A DNA stretch of 38,034 nucleotides from an uncultured Gammaproteobacteria bacterium (GCA_964373925.1 CAYJWS010000002.1:4280-42313); one strand, 5' to 3'; positions 27,849 to 37,255 are shown, numbered from the stretch's first letter. The notes: a model not told the origin generated them from the sequence alone. Program-made: numbers and translations.

Positions 27849-28110
27849 GGTCATTGAGATCTCTCGACCTCGAGGCTCGTCGTTCGAGACCCTGAGGGGT
27901 ACTCAGACCCTGAACGGGAGACCGAGACACCGCGTGAGCAACGAAGCAATCTAAGGAATGTATTGGTGTTTATTAACGAGATTGCTTCGCCGGGCTCGCA
28001 ATGACGGAAGAATCGTCGCTTCACTCCTCCTCTCAATGACCCATGGTTTTGGTCATCGCGAGCGAAGCGTGGCGATCTAATGTAGATTGCTTCGCCGGGC
28101 TCGCAATGAC
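27849..28110. repeat. Cluster of nested/tandem GTCAT...ATGAC palindromic repeats
   Basis: 11-bp TIR 27849-27859/28031-28041; exact 27-bp direct repeat at 27979-28005 and 28084-28110; complete unit 28052-28110. Confidence 0.75.
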
Positions 28111-28169
28111 TCGTTGAAAAAAATATAAAATAAATTATTTTTGAATCTTTTGATTCATGTTATTCAACT

Positions 28170-28198
28170 TTGACTTATCGTGTTGATTTTAGTACAAT
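28170..28198 (+). promoter_or_regulatory. Sigma70-type promoter for the lysS operon
   Basis: TTGACT 28170-28175, 17 nt spacer, TACAAT 28193-28198. Confidence 0.65.
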
Positions 28199-28224
28199 TA
28201 CATAAAATATAATAATAAAAACTT

Positions 28225-29712
28225 ATGCAAGAATCGGTTAAAAATGAACACGAAATCCGGCTGGAGAAGCTGCAAAAACTCCGCAATCTTCACATCCAAC
28301 CATATCCTGAAAAATATCAAAGAACACACCTATCCTCTGACGCCGTCAAACTTGAGATAGGAACAAGGGCAATACAGATCGCGGGAAGAATTCTTACAAA
28401 AAGGAGCATGGGAAAAATAGCATTTTCGCACATACTAGATGATTCGGGAAAAATTCAGGTAGTATTACAAAAAGACAAGCTCGGCAAAGAAAAATTTGAT
28501 ATTTTTAACGGCATTATTGACGCGGGAGACTTTATCGGCGCGACAGGAGAAATCTTTAAGACAAAAAAAGGGGAAATATCCTTGCTCGTCTCTGATTTTA
28601 CAATCTTGTCAAAAGCGCTTCGTTCGCTTCCGGAAAAATGGCACGGCCTCAAAGACGTTGAGACGCGATACAGGCAGAGATATCTTGATATACTTTCAAA
28701 CCAAGACGTAAAGAATATTTTTAAATTTCGCAGCAATTTTATCAAAGTTTTGCGTGAATTTTATTGGAATCATGGCTTTATCGAGCTTGAGACTCCTATA
28801 CTTGCCAATACTGCCTCGGGAGCGCTTGCCAAACCCTTTAAAACGCGCCACAATGCTCTAGGCATCGATCTGTACCTTCGGATATCCGTTGGGGAAATAT
28901 GGCAAAAAATAGCGCTTATAGGAGGTTTTGAGAAGACCTTTGAATTGGGCCGAGTTTTTAGAAATGAAGGAATAGATCCATCACATTTGCAGGAGTTTAC
29001 CGCGGTGGAGCATTACGTCGCGTATTGGAATTATGAAGATAACATGAAATTTACAGAAGAAATGTTTGTTTACCTTTTAAGCAAACTTTTTGGAACTATG
29101 AAAATAACAATAAAAAATCAAAAAGGAGAGCTTAAGGAAATAGACTTCACCCCTCCGTGGAAAAAAGTAAGTTTCCGAGATATTATAAAAAAAGATTCCG
29201 GCATTGATATAGAAAAATATACGGATAGAAAAAAATTTATTGATGAATTAAAAAAGAAAAAATTATACGACAAAGAAATGGATAATCTCGGGCTTGGAAA
29301 TCTTATTGACGCCCTCTATAAGAAAGTATCAAGAGAAAAAATCATCCAACCGACATTTCTCATTCACCACCCCATAGACGTATCTCCTCTCGCAAGAAAA
29401 AATGATAAAAACCCACGAGTCGTTGACCGTTTCCAACTTCTCGTGAACGGCTGGGAGATTGTAAACGCGTATTCTGAGCTCATTGATCCGCTGGATCAAA
29501 AAGAAAGGTTTAAAGAACAGGCGCAGGCAAAAGCGAAAGGCGATGAAGAAGCGCACGGAGAAGATAAGGATTTTGTAACAGCCCTTGAGCACGGAGCGCC
29601 TCCGATGTCAGGGTGGGGGATGGGAATAGACAGAATTGTCGCGCTGCTATCCTTACAAGAAAACCTGCGAGATGTTGTGCTCTTCCCGGTTTTGAGGCCC
29701 GAAAAAGAATAA
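28225..29712 (+). CDS. lysS: Lysine--tRNA ligase (class II)
   Basis: LPEKWHGLKD.E.RYRQRYLD, FRNEG, NAYSEL.DP..Q, G.PP..G.GMGIDR. Confidence 0.97.
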   Translation: MQESVKNEHEIRLEKLQKLRNLHIQPYPEKYQRTHLSSDAVKLEIGTRAIQIAGRILTKRSMGKIAFSHILDDSGKIQVVLQKDKLGKEKFDIFNGIIDAGDFIGATGEIFKTKKGEISLLVSDFTILSKALRSLPEKWHGLKDVETRYRQRYLDILSNQDVKNIFKFRSNFIKVLREFYWNHGFIELETPILANTASGALAKPFKTRHNALGIDLYLRISVGEIWQKIALIGGFEKTFELGRVFRNEGIDPSHLQEFTAVEHYVAYWNYEDNMKFTEEMFVYLLSKLFGTMKITIKNQKGELKEIDFTPPWKKVSFRDIIKKDSGIDIEKYTDRKKFIDELKKKKLYDKEMDNLGLGNLIDALYKKVSREKIIQPTFLIHHPIDVSPLARKNDKNPRVVDRFQLLVNGWEIVNAYSELIDPLDQKERFKEQAQAKAKGDEEAHGEDKDFVTALEHGAPPMSGWGMGIDRIVALLSLQENLRDVVLFPVLRPEKE

Positions 29713-29722
29713 TATAAGTGAC

Positions 29723-30115
29723 ATGAAAAAAATAATGGTTTTTGGCACTTTTGACAGGCTGCACAAAGGACATCTCTATTTTTTTGAACAAGCAAAAAAA
29801 TACGGCGATTACTTGATTGCCGTTATTGCGCGGGATGTTACTGTCAAAAAAGTTAAAAAAAAGCTCCCACGCGAAAATGAAAATATTCGGCTTAAAAATG
29901 TTAAAAAAAATAAAAATATCAACGATGCGGTGCTCGGAAGCACGGGCGATAAATATGATGTCATTCGAAAACACAAGCCACGAGTTATATGTCTTGGCTA
30001 TGACCAAAAGATTTTTACCGAAAACATATCAAAAGAATTTCCAAATATAAAAATCTACAGGATAGGCGCGTACAAGCCCCAAATATATAAATCATCATTA
30101 ATGGAAAACGTATGA
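29723..30115 (+). CDS. Cytidylyltransferase-family nucleotidyltransferase (RibL/FAD synthase-like)
   Basis: FGTFD.LHKGH (HxGH), VIARD, ICLGYDQ, KSS. Confidence 0.8.
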   Translation: MKKIMVFGTFDRLHKGHLYFFEQAKKYGDYLIAVIARDVTVKKVKKKLPRENENIRLKNVKKNKNINDAVLGSTGDKYDVIRKHKPRVICLGYDQKIFTENISKEFPNIKIYRIGAYKPQIYKSSLMENV

Positions 30116-31413
30116 TCGACATAAAAAAACTCCGCGAACAACCCGAAGTGTTTAAGAAATCATCTCTTGCGAAAAACGCGAATGTTGACATTGACGAAAT
30201 ATTGCGGCTTGACTCGGAAAATAAAAAAAATTTAAGTTCGATAAATGAGCTTCGCGCGAAACTCAATTCCCATTCAAAAACAAAGCCTGCTCAAGAAGAA
30301 ATTGAAAAATTAAAAAAATTGAGCCTTGAAATCAAACAAAAAGTGGTAGCGCAAGCATCTCTTCAAAAAAAACTTAACGATCTCGTGTGTACAATTCCAA
30401 ATCCTCCAACACAAGATACCCCAATAGGCAAAAACGAAAGAGAAAATATTATCATAAAAGAAAATGGCGAAAAACCGAAGTTTGATTTTAAGCCACAAGA
30501 GCATTGGGAACTGGGAGAAAATCTTCAAATTATCGACAATGAGCGCGCGGCAAAAGTTTCCGGAAGTCGTTTTACGTACCTTAGGGGAGAGCTGGCTCTT
30601 GTGCAGTTTGCTCTTATCCAACACACGCTCAATACGGTAACGGATGAAAAAATTATAAAAAAAATCATTAAAAAAGAAAAATTAAATATCCCATCCAAAC
30701 CATTCACTCCCATTCTTCCTCCCGTACTCATAAAGCCTGAAACAATGCGCAAAATGGCGCGTCTAGAACCAAAAGAAGAGCGCTATCACATTCCAAGCGA
30801 TGATCTCTATCTCGTTGGAAGCGCGGAGCACGCGCTTGGGCCAATGTTTATGGATGAAATATTAGAAGAAGATATGTTGCCGATCAGATTGATCGGATAC
30901 TCTACTTCTTTTAGACGCGAAGCGGGATCATACGGAAAAGACGTAAAAGGCATTTTGCGCCTGCATCAGTTTGATAAGCTGGAGTTTGAATCTTTTACGG
31001 TAGGGGAGTCGTCTTTTGATGAACATCTTTTTTTTATCGCCATGCAGGAGCATCTTATGCAAGCCCTTGATATTCCATATCGCTTAGTGCAGTCATGCAC
31101 CGGAGACATGGAAGATCCAAACGCGAGAAAAGTTGACGTTGAGGCATGGATGCCGGGTCAAAACACCTACCGAGAAACTCATTCAGCGGATTATATGACA
31201 GACTTCCAAGCGCGCAGGCTCAAAACTCGAGTGAAGAGAAAATCAGGCGATATTGAGCTTGTACATACCAACGATGCCACCGCCATAGCTCTTGGTAGAA
31301 CGCTCATAGCAATTATGGAAAATTATCAGCAAAAAGACGGCTCTATCGCAATACCTCGGGTACTTAAAAAATACCTAAGCTTCAAAAAAATACCAACAAG
31401 AAGCAAAAAGTAA
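30112..31413 (+). CDS. serS: Serine--tRNA ligase
   Basis: MIDIK, IPN, AAKVSGSRF, FRREAGSYGKD..G..R.HQFDK, IMENYQ. Confidence 0.96.
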   Translation: MIDIKKLREQPEVFKKSSLAKNANVDIDEILRLDSENKKNLSSINELRAKLNSHSKTKPAQEEIEKLKKLSLEIKQKVVAQASLQKKLNDLVCTIPNPPTQDTPIGKNERENIIIKENGEKPKFDFKPQEHWELGENLQIIDNERAAKVSGSRFTYLRGELALVQFALIQHTLNTVTDEKIIKKIIKKEKLNIPSKPFTPILPPVLIKPETMRKMARLEPKEERYHIPSDDLYLVGSAEHALGPMFMDEILEEDMLPIRLIGYSTSFRREAGSYGKDVKGILRLHQFDKLEFESFTVGESSFDEHLFFIAMQEHLMQALDIPYRLVQSCTGDMEDPNARKVDVEAWMPGQNTYRETHSADYMTDFQARRLKTRVKRKSGDIELVHTNDATAIALGRTLIAIMENYQQKDGSIAIPRVLKKYLSFKKIPTRSKK

Positions 31414-31414
31414 T

Positions 31415-32545
31415 ATGCCAAAAAATAAAAAAATCACGGTCGGCGTGATCTTTGGAGGAAAATCCGGAGAACACGAGGTCTCTATTGCTTCGGCCTTGTC
31501 AATTATAAAAAATATCAACAAAAAAAAGTATAAAATACTCCCCATTGGCATACACAAAAACGGAAACTGGTCAATCGGTAGCTTGTCGTATAAGCTTGTG
31601 CCTGAAAATATGAAAAAATTCTTGCCATCAAAAGAAAAAGATCTTCAAAAAAAACATTTTTCACTTCCATCACTTGTCTTGCAAAAGCCATACATACATC
31701 TAAACACCGTAGATGTAGTGTTTCCGGCGCTTCACGGAACATACGGAGAAGACGGAACCATACAAGGAATGCTGGAGCTTGCGAATATTCCCTATGTCGG
31801 CTCTGGAGTTTTAGGATCCGCGCTCGGTATGGATAAAGTTGTGCAAAAAGAACTTTACAAACTCCATGGACTCAAGCAATCCAATTATTTTTATTTTTTT
31901 AAAAAAGATTGGAGCGGTAATAAAAAACAAATACTCCGTTTCATAGAAAAAAATTATAAATACCCTATTTTTGTAAAGCCCGCCAATCTCGGTTCAAGTG
32001 TCGGAATATCAAAAGCAAAAAATAAAAAAGGACTCGTCCAAGCCATCAATTCTGCCGGACAATATGACAACAAGATACTTATTGAAGAAGGCTTGCAAAA
32101 TATCAGAGAAATAGAATGCGCCGTGCTTGGAAACTACAATCCAAAAGTATCGGTCTGCGGAGAGGTTATACCTTCAAATGAATTTTACGACTACAACGCC
32201 AAATACACAGATAATGCTTCAAAAATCTGCATTCCGGCACAATTAGATAAGCGGACAGAAGAAAAAATTCAATCCATGGCACTACGGGCGTTTACAATAC
32301 TCAATCTTTCCGGAATGGCGCGAGTTGACTTCTTCCTCACAAAGAAAAATGTTATCTATATAAACGAGGTAAATACCATTCCGGGATTCACTTCTATTTC
32401 CATGTATCCGAAGCTCTGGGAGGCAAGCGGCTTACCCTATGAAAAACTCATCGATAAACTCATAGTTCTTGCGCTGGAAAGACACAAAGAAAAAAATAGC
32501 CTAAAAACATCCTTCCGGCCACAAACCGCAAGAAAGCAAAAATGA
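31415..32545 (+). CDS. ddl: D-alanine--D-alanine ligase
   Basis: GGKSGEHEVS, LHG.YGEDG, KPANLGSSVG, FYDYNAKY, NEVNTIPG. Confidence 0.97.
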   Translation: MPKNKKITVGVIFGGKSGEHEVSIASALSIIKNINKKKYKILPIGIHKNGNWSIGSLSYKLVPENMKKFLPSKEKDLQKKHFSLPSLVLQKPYIHLNTVDVVFPALHGTYGEDGTIQGMLELANIPYVGSGVLGSALGMDKVVQKELYKLHGLKQSNYFYFFKKDWSGNKKQILRFIEKNYKYPIFVKPANLGSSVGISKAKNKKGLVQAINSAGQYDNKILIEEGLQNIREIECAVLGNYNPKVSVCGEVIPSNEFYDYNAKYTDNASKICIPAQLDKRTEEKIQSMALRAFTILNLSGMARVDFFLTKKNVIYINEVNTIPGFTSISMYPKLWEASGLPYEKLIDKLIVLALERHKEKNSLKTSFRPQTARKQK

Positions 32546-33396
32546 TCAAAAGAATATACTCCCACAAAACGTACAAAAATCATCTTTTTAGAAGAAAAAA
32601 AAGAAGTTCTTTTATAAACAAAAAGTTCTTCTTTCTTTTAATGGTCTTATGCGCAGTCGGCCTATACTATTTGGCATATTCGGATATTTTTCAAGTTCAA
32701 AAAATAGATATACAAGGAAACGATAATATAAAAAAAGGCGATATTGAGAATATAATACTCGCGCAGATGGAAAAAAAGCGTTTTATTTTTTTTCCACAGA
32801 AAAATATTATTTTTCTCAATAAAAAAGAAGCGGGGGATATTATGTTCAGCAGGTTTGCTTTAGACGAGCTTGATATTAAAAAAAAACTTTTTCATGATCT
32901 GCAAATTACTCTAAAAGAAAAAAAACCATATATCGTATGGATTGAAAATAAAAAAAGCTATTATGTGGATGAAAAAGGAATGGTGATATCGCAAGTAGAG
33001 CAATTTGACACACAAAAAGAAAATTTTAAAGATTATAATATTTTACGACACAATATAATTTATAAAAACTTACCCATCATACAAAACATTGCAAATCAAA
33101 AAAATTACCTAACAAATAAAATAATAATCAATAACGAAATATTTTCAAAAATAAAAAAACTAATAAAATCAATAAACGAAGTAGTTAAAATAAATATAAA
33201 CTTTTTTGAAATAAATAGTAATGAAAAATATATAACAATTATAACTGCGGAGGGCTGGAAAATTTATTTTTCATTAGAAGATGATATTGACAGCCAAATA
33301 AAAAAACTTGAGCTTATACTCGACAATAAGTCAAAAGTTGGCAAGATAATAGACTATATAGACCTGCGTTATGGTGATAAGATATTCTATAAATAA
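32542..33396 (+). CDS. ftsQ: FtsQ/DivIB-like cell division protein
   Basis: Basic N-tail, single TM, POTRA-like 'FQVQKIDIQGN', 'YYVDEKG', terminal YIDLRY; follows ddl. Confidence 0.75.
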   Translation: MIKRIYSHKTYKNHLFRRKKRSSFINKKFFFLLMVLCAVGLYYLAYSDIFQVQKIDIQGNDNIKKGDIENIILAQMEKKRFIFFPQKNIIFLNKKEAGDIMFSRFALDELDIKKKLFHDLQITLKEKKPYIVWIENKKSYYVDEKGMVISQVEQFDTQKENFKDYNILRHNIIYKNLPIIQNIANQKNYLTNKIIINNEIFSKIKKLIKSINEVVKININFFEINSNEKYITIITAEGWKIYFSLEDDIDSQIKKLELILDNKSKVGKIIDYIDLRYGDKIFYK

Positions 33397-33600
33397 AATA
33401 ATATTGCGTCGTACAATTAAAATAGTGAATAGCCATTAAAAACTCCCTTGTTATGTTAGTTATACTAGTATTGAGAATATAGTATTAACAGGCTGTAAAG
33501 TATAAATAGCAGTATCCATCTGATAGGGGATGATATTTTTTTAATTTACAATAATACAATTATTTTAATAATGTTAATATTTATAAAAATATTTATTTAT

Positions 33601-33628
33601 ATGTCGCATAAGGTTTATTGTGCGACAC
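33601..33628. other. dif-like Xer recombination site (11-6-11)
   Basis: ATGTCGCATAA-GGTTTA-TTGTGCGACAC; arms 9/11 inverted; CGCATAA shared with the E. coli XerC arm; in the gap where gene orientation converges. Confidence 0.6.
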
Positions 33629-33718
33629 TAATAATATCTTTATATACAATAAATAATCACATCACAATTAATTCTTATTCTATAAATCCTGGATTATAAT
33701 AATCCCCTACTCTATAAT

Positions 33719-34339
33719 TTATCTAAAAGAAAAATATTTTTCATTTATCCAATAAATAACAATAAAAAACGCGCCGGCTTGAAAAAGATCGGTAATTTTA
33801 AGATTACTGGTTATAAATCCGGGAATTGCTACAATAAGAAATGATACTCCAAATGCCAGCAGATCTAACTTCATTGAATCATAATACGATATCGGGATTG
33901 TATCATCAAGCCGTAATGTGTTATCTTGAGTTTTTTCGTATCGATACCTAAAGTATCTCACGCGTATCCATTGGATAGCCATAAACACAAGTATCCCCTG
34001 CAAAAAATCTATAATTTCTATATCCCCTTTTGAAAGAAGCGGGATCATTATTATAATAATAGGAACAAACAACTCTAAAAACCTTATTACGTAAATATCA
34101 TAATTGGTAATTGTTAAGGCGCCTTCAAGCTCGCCCTTGATGCTCAAAAGCCTTGCCTCTGCCCTGCCGTTGGTATAGACAAGCACACCTCCTAAAACTA
34201 ATATAATGGAAGGCGCGAGATTCCTAATAAATAAAGAAAATTCTTTCAGCTGGTCAAAATATAGCGCATAAAGAATAAAAAAAGTTATTAAAAGAGGATA
34301 ATAAAGAAATTGCACAATTTGTTTTCCTGTTTTTGTCAT
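33719..34339 (-). CDS. Hypothetical membrane protein with internal duplication
   Basis: About 6 TMs; residues 77-130 and 150-203 align ungapped. Confidence 0.75.
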   Translation of the reverse strand: MTKTGKQIVQFLYYPLLITFFILYALYFDQLKEFSLFIRNLAPSIILVLGGVLVYTNGRAEARLLSIKGELEGALTITNYDIYVIRFLELFVPIIIIMIPLLSKGDIEIIDFLQGILVFMAIQWIRVRYFRYRYEKTQDNTLRLDDTIPISYYDSMKLDLLAFGVSFLIVAIPGFITSNLKITDLFQAGAFFIVIYWINEKYFSFR

Positions 34340-34345
34340 ATGTAT

Positions 34346-35596
34346 TTATGGCAAATAATCAAGCGGGTTAACCGGAATTCCATTTTTTCTTACTTCAAAA
34401 TGAAGGTGCGGCCCGGTCGTCAAAGGTCCCGCTCCTGCTGTACCCGGCATACCGCCTGTAAGCCCTATTAGATCACCTTTATTCACATATTTGTTTAAGG
34501 TAACCTGGATTGCCGATACATGCCCGTAAACGGTTGATAAACCATCACCATGTATAAGCATGATATAGCTATACCCTTTTCTCCCGCCATTTTTTACCTG
34601 ACCCACATACCCTGCCTCGGCCGCGAGGATTGGCGTTGACTGCGGCGAGCGAATATCAATTGCCGGGTGTTCAAAAATATGCCTGTACGGATATTCCGGA
34701 TCGTGAAAATATGCGGTTATCTGCCTTCCCGGGATTGGCCATTGAAGCCTTGCAGATCCCAAACTTTTAAATTTTTCTTCTTTTTTTCGTTTTTCAAGCT
34801 CCTCTCTTACCTTTTTTTCCAATGAAACTATCTCATTATTTATCGCTGTCTGTTCTTTTTTCAAATCTTCAACATAGGACTGAAATTTTAATTCTGATCT
34901 TTTCGTCTCGCGCAAAATTGTTTCTTTTTCCAAAGATTTTGATCCCAACTCCCCTCTTTTAACATCAAGCTCCTGCTTGAGTTCAACTTCTCGCTTTTTT
35001 TTATCCTCCAGCGTGCTTTTTTGCAATTCAAGGTCGGCTTTTAAACTTTTTATTTCGTTTAAAGTAGTTCGAATTTTATCCTGAATATTCTCAAGATACT
35101 CATAATGGTCAAAAAACTGGGAGAAAGAATCATTCATGAGAAATATTTCAAGATAACTCACTTGATCATTCTTATAAATAAGGCGTATAAATTCTTCCAG
35201 GTATTTTTTTTTCTTTTTTATTTCTTTCTCTTGCTCATCAATAGCAAGGGTTATTTTTTGTATTTCAAGATTTGTTTTTTGTATTTGCTTTTCGGTAATT
35301 TGAATATCTATGTTATTTTTTTCAATTTCGTCGTCTAAAATCGCAAGCTCGCTTTTAAGGCTTCTTGTTTGTTTTCTCGCTTCGCTTATCTTTTGCTGAT
35401 ATATTCCAAGTTTTTTATTTAAATTGTCTATATCATCCTTATTCTTTTCAATTTTTTGGTTCATTTCGCCCACCGTATCCGCTCCAAAAGTGAAAGAAGG
35501 ATAAAAAATAAAAACTGCAACAAAAAAAATTGCCGCAAAGGCTGTAAGATAAAAATAAACTTTTTTTATTTTTGTATTTAATTGCAAATAATTCAT
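34346..35596 (-). CDS. Coiled-coil + M23 peptidase (EnvC/MepM-like architecture)
   Basis: N-terminal TM/signal, long coiled coil, HxxxD (HPAID), YGH, HxH (PHLHFEV). Confidence 0.9.
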   Translation of the reverse strand: MNYLQLNTKIKKVYFYLTAFAAIFFVAVFIFYPSFTFGADTVGEMNQKIEKNKDDIDNLNKKLGIYQQKISEARKQTRSLKSELAILDDEIEKNNIDIQITEKQIQKTNLEIQKITLAIDEQEKEIKKKKKYLEEFIRLIYKNDQVSYLEIFLMNDSFSQFFDHYEYLENIQDKIRTTLNEIKSLKADLELQKSTLEDKKKREVELKQELDVKRGELGSKSLEKETILRETKRSELKFQSYVEDLKKEQTAINNEIVSLEKKVREELEKRKKEEKFKSLGSARLQWPIPGRQITAYFHDPEYPYRHIFEHPAIDIRSPQSTPILAAEAGYVGQVKNGGRKGYSYIMLIHGDGLSTVYGHVSAIQVTLNKYVNKGDLIGLTGGMPGTAGAGPLTTGPHLHFEVRKNGIPVNPLDYLP

Positions 35597-35653
35597 GATT
35601 TTATTATGGCTTTACGCTCTCAACCCTCCCCATCGTGAGGGGGAGATATCCTA

Positions 35654-35662
35654 ATTATATCA
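35654..35662 (-). promoter_or_regulatory. Extended -10 promoter for the M23 peptidase gene
   Basis: Minus strand TG-A-TATAAT, about 57 nt upstream of the ATG. Confidence 0.45.
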
Positions 35663-35682
35663 CGAAATTCACCTTGACAGGA

Positions 35683-37107
35683 CTACAAAAGTTCTATGGC
35701 CTTTTTTATTCTTTCAAGGGTTGATTTTCTTCCTAAAACTTGAGCAATTTCAAATGGCCCCGGGCTTTTTTCTCTGCCGGAGAGCGCGACGCGAAGAGGC
35801 CAAAGCACGTTGCCGTTTTTATAATTATTTTTTTTAATATATTTAAAGGCCTCTTTCTCCATGTGTTCTTTATTAAAATGTTTTTCATCTATGCCTTCAA
35901 AAATGGTAAAAATATTTTGAAGCTGCATTTTCGCGTCTTTCGCGTCCTGCTTCTTCCATGGTAAAATCGCAGGGTCAAATTCCGGATCATTAAAGAAATA
36001 AGACACAAGATCCGGCAAGTCAGAGAGTTTTTTAAGCCGGCTCTGTTCAAGCCCTATAACGCCTTCAAGATATTTTTTGTCGTACTTCTCCCCTACCAAT
36101 CTCGTCTTTTGAAGATATGGAAGGCTCAATCCCAACAACTCGGCCACTGTTTTTGATCTAATATAACATCCATTCATCCAATCGAGCTTTTCAATATTAA
36201 AAACCGCTGGAGATGTATGTATTTTTTCAATAGAAAATTCTTTTATCATCTCATCAAGAGAAAATATTTCTTTTTCAGTGCCGCTGTTCCACCCTAATAA
36301 AAGTATAAAATTCAAAAGCGCGTCTTTAAGATATCCTTTTTCCAGATATGACTCCACACTCACGTCTCCCTGCCTTTTTGAAAGCTTTGTCTTGTCGGGA
36401 TTCACAATTAAAGAAAGATGGGCGTACTCGGGAATCTCCCAGCCAAACGCCTGCCATAGCGCAATATGCTTTGGCACGGATGAAAGCCACTCCTCTCCCC
36501 GAATCAGGTGGGTTATCTTCATCTCATGGTCATCAACAACGTGAGCAAGGTGATATATCGGAAAACCGTCAGACTTTAGAATAATACTATCCTCCTCGCG
36601 GCTGTACGCAAACTGCACGTTCCCCCGAACAAGATCATAAAAATCGCATATTCCGCTTTTTGGCATCTTCAGCCGTATAACATAGGGCTCTTTTTCTTTG
36701 CGCATAACCGCCTCTTCTTGAGCAATGCTCCGGCATAAACCGTCATATCCTATGTGTTGCTTATTAGCAACTTGTCGCTTTCTTAATTCCTGCAGGCGAT
36801 CAGTACTGCAAAAACAATAATACGCTTTGTCGTTTTTTACCAGCTCCTCTGCCGCTTTCTGATATATTTTTGTTCTCTCTGACTGCACCAACACCTCCCC
36901 GTCCCACGGCAATTGCATATGAGCTAGAATATTCTTCAGGTCCTCAATAGCGCCTTCAACATATCTGGCTTGGTCAGTATCTTCAATGCGAAGCAAAAAC
37001 TCACCCTTATTATGCTTGGCAAATAAAAAAGTATAAAGGGCTGTTCGTAGCCCTCCCACATGGAGATATCCCGTCGGACTTGGCGCAAATCGCGTTCGTA
37101 CTTTCAT
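35683..37107 (-). CDS. gltX: Glutamate--tRNA ligase
   Basis: RFAPSPTGYLHVGG, LRIEDTD, RGEEW, KLSKR. Confidence 0.98.
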   Translation of the reverse strand: MKVRTRFAPSPTGYLHVGGLRTALYTFLFAKHNKGEFLLRIEDTDQARYVEGAIEDLKNILAHMQLPWDGEVLVQSERTKIYQKAAEELVKNDKAYYCFCSTDRLQELRKRQVANKQHIGYDGLCRSIAQEEAVMRKEKEPYVIRLKMPKSGICDFYDLVRGNVQFAYSREEDSIILKSDGFPIYHLAHVVDDHEMKITHLIRGEEWLSSVPKHIALWQAFGWEIPEYAHLSLIVNPDKTKLSKRQGDVSVESYLEKGYLKDALLNFILLLGWNSGTEKEIFSLDEMIKEFSIEKIHTSPAVFNIEKLDWMNGCYIRSKTVAELLGLSLPYLQKTRLVGEKYDKKYLEGVIGLEQSRLKKLSDLPDLVSYFFNDPEFDPAILPWKKQDAKDAKMQLQNIFTIFEGIDEKHFNKEHMEKEAFKYIKKNNYKNGNVLWPLRVALSGREKSPGPFEIAQVLGRKSTLERIKKAIELL

Positions 37108-37113
37108 ATATAA

Positions 37114-37141
37114 ATTATAGCAAAAAATCTTATTTTTTCAA
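37114..37141 (-). promoter_or_regulatory. Promoter for gltX (leaderless geometry)
   Basis: Minus strand TTGAAA (37141-37136), 16 nt spacer, TG-C-TATAAT (37119-37114), 6 nt before ATG 37107. Confidence 0.6.
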
Positions 37142-37255
37142 ATAAATAGAATTTATTATTTCAATCCACAGTTATAAAAAAATATTAATGTAAAAAAAAT
37201 TAATTTTAATAGAAATACAAAATGTAAAATCATTGGCAAATAACATAACCGACAG

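Noticed and set aside
27851..28036. 61-aa minus-strand ORF
   Set aside because: Translation of the palindromic repeat, with no protein-like features
27849..28110. CRISPR array, tRNA, T-box or lysine riboswitch upstream of lysS
   Set aside because: Only two 27-bp copies, no regular spacers or cas genes, no cloverleaf or T-box motif; the lysS promoter lies downstream of the repeats
31415..32545. Vancomycin-resistance type D-Ala-D-Lac ligase
   Set aside because: Omega-loop region FYDYNAKY matches ordinary D-Ala-D-Ala ligases; no van cluster present
33397..33718. Replication origin in the AT-rich gap
   Set aside because: No DnaA-box cluster or dnaA/dnaN; flanking genes converge rather than diverge
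35617..35645. CTCCCC/GGGGAG hairpin as a REP element or terminator
   Set aside because: Only a 6-bp stem, single copy and no U tract; too weak to call
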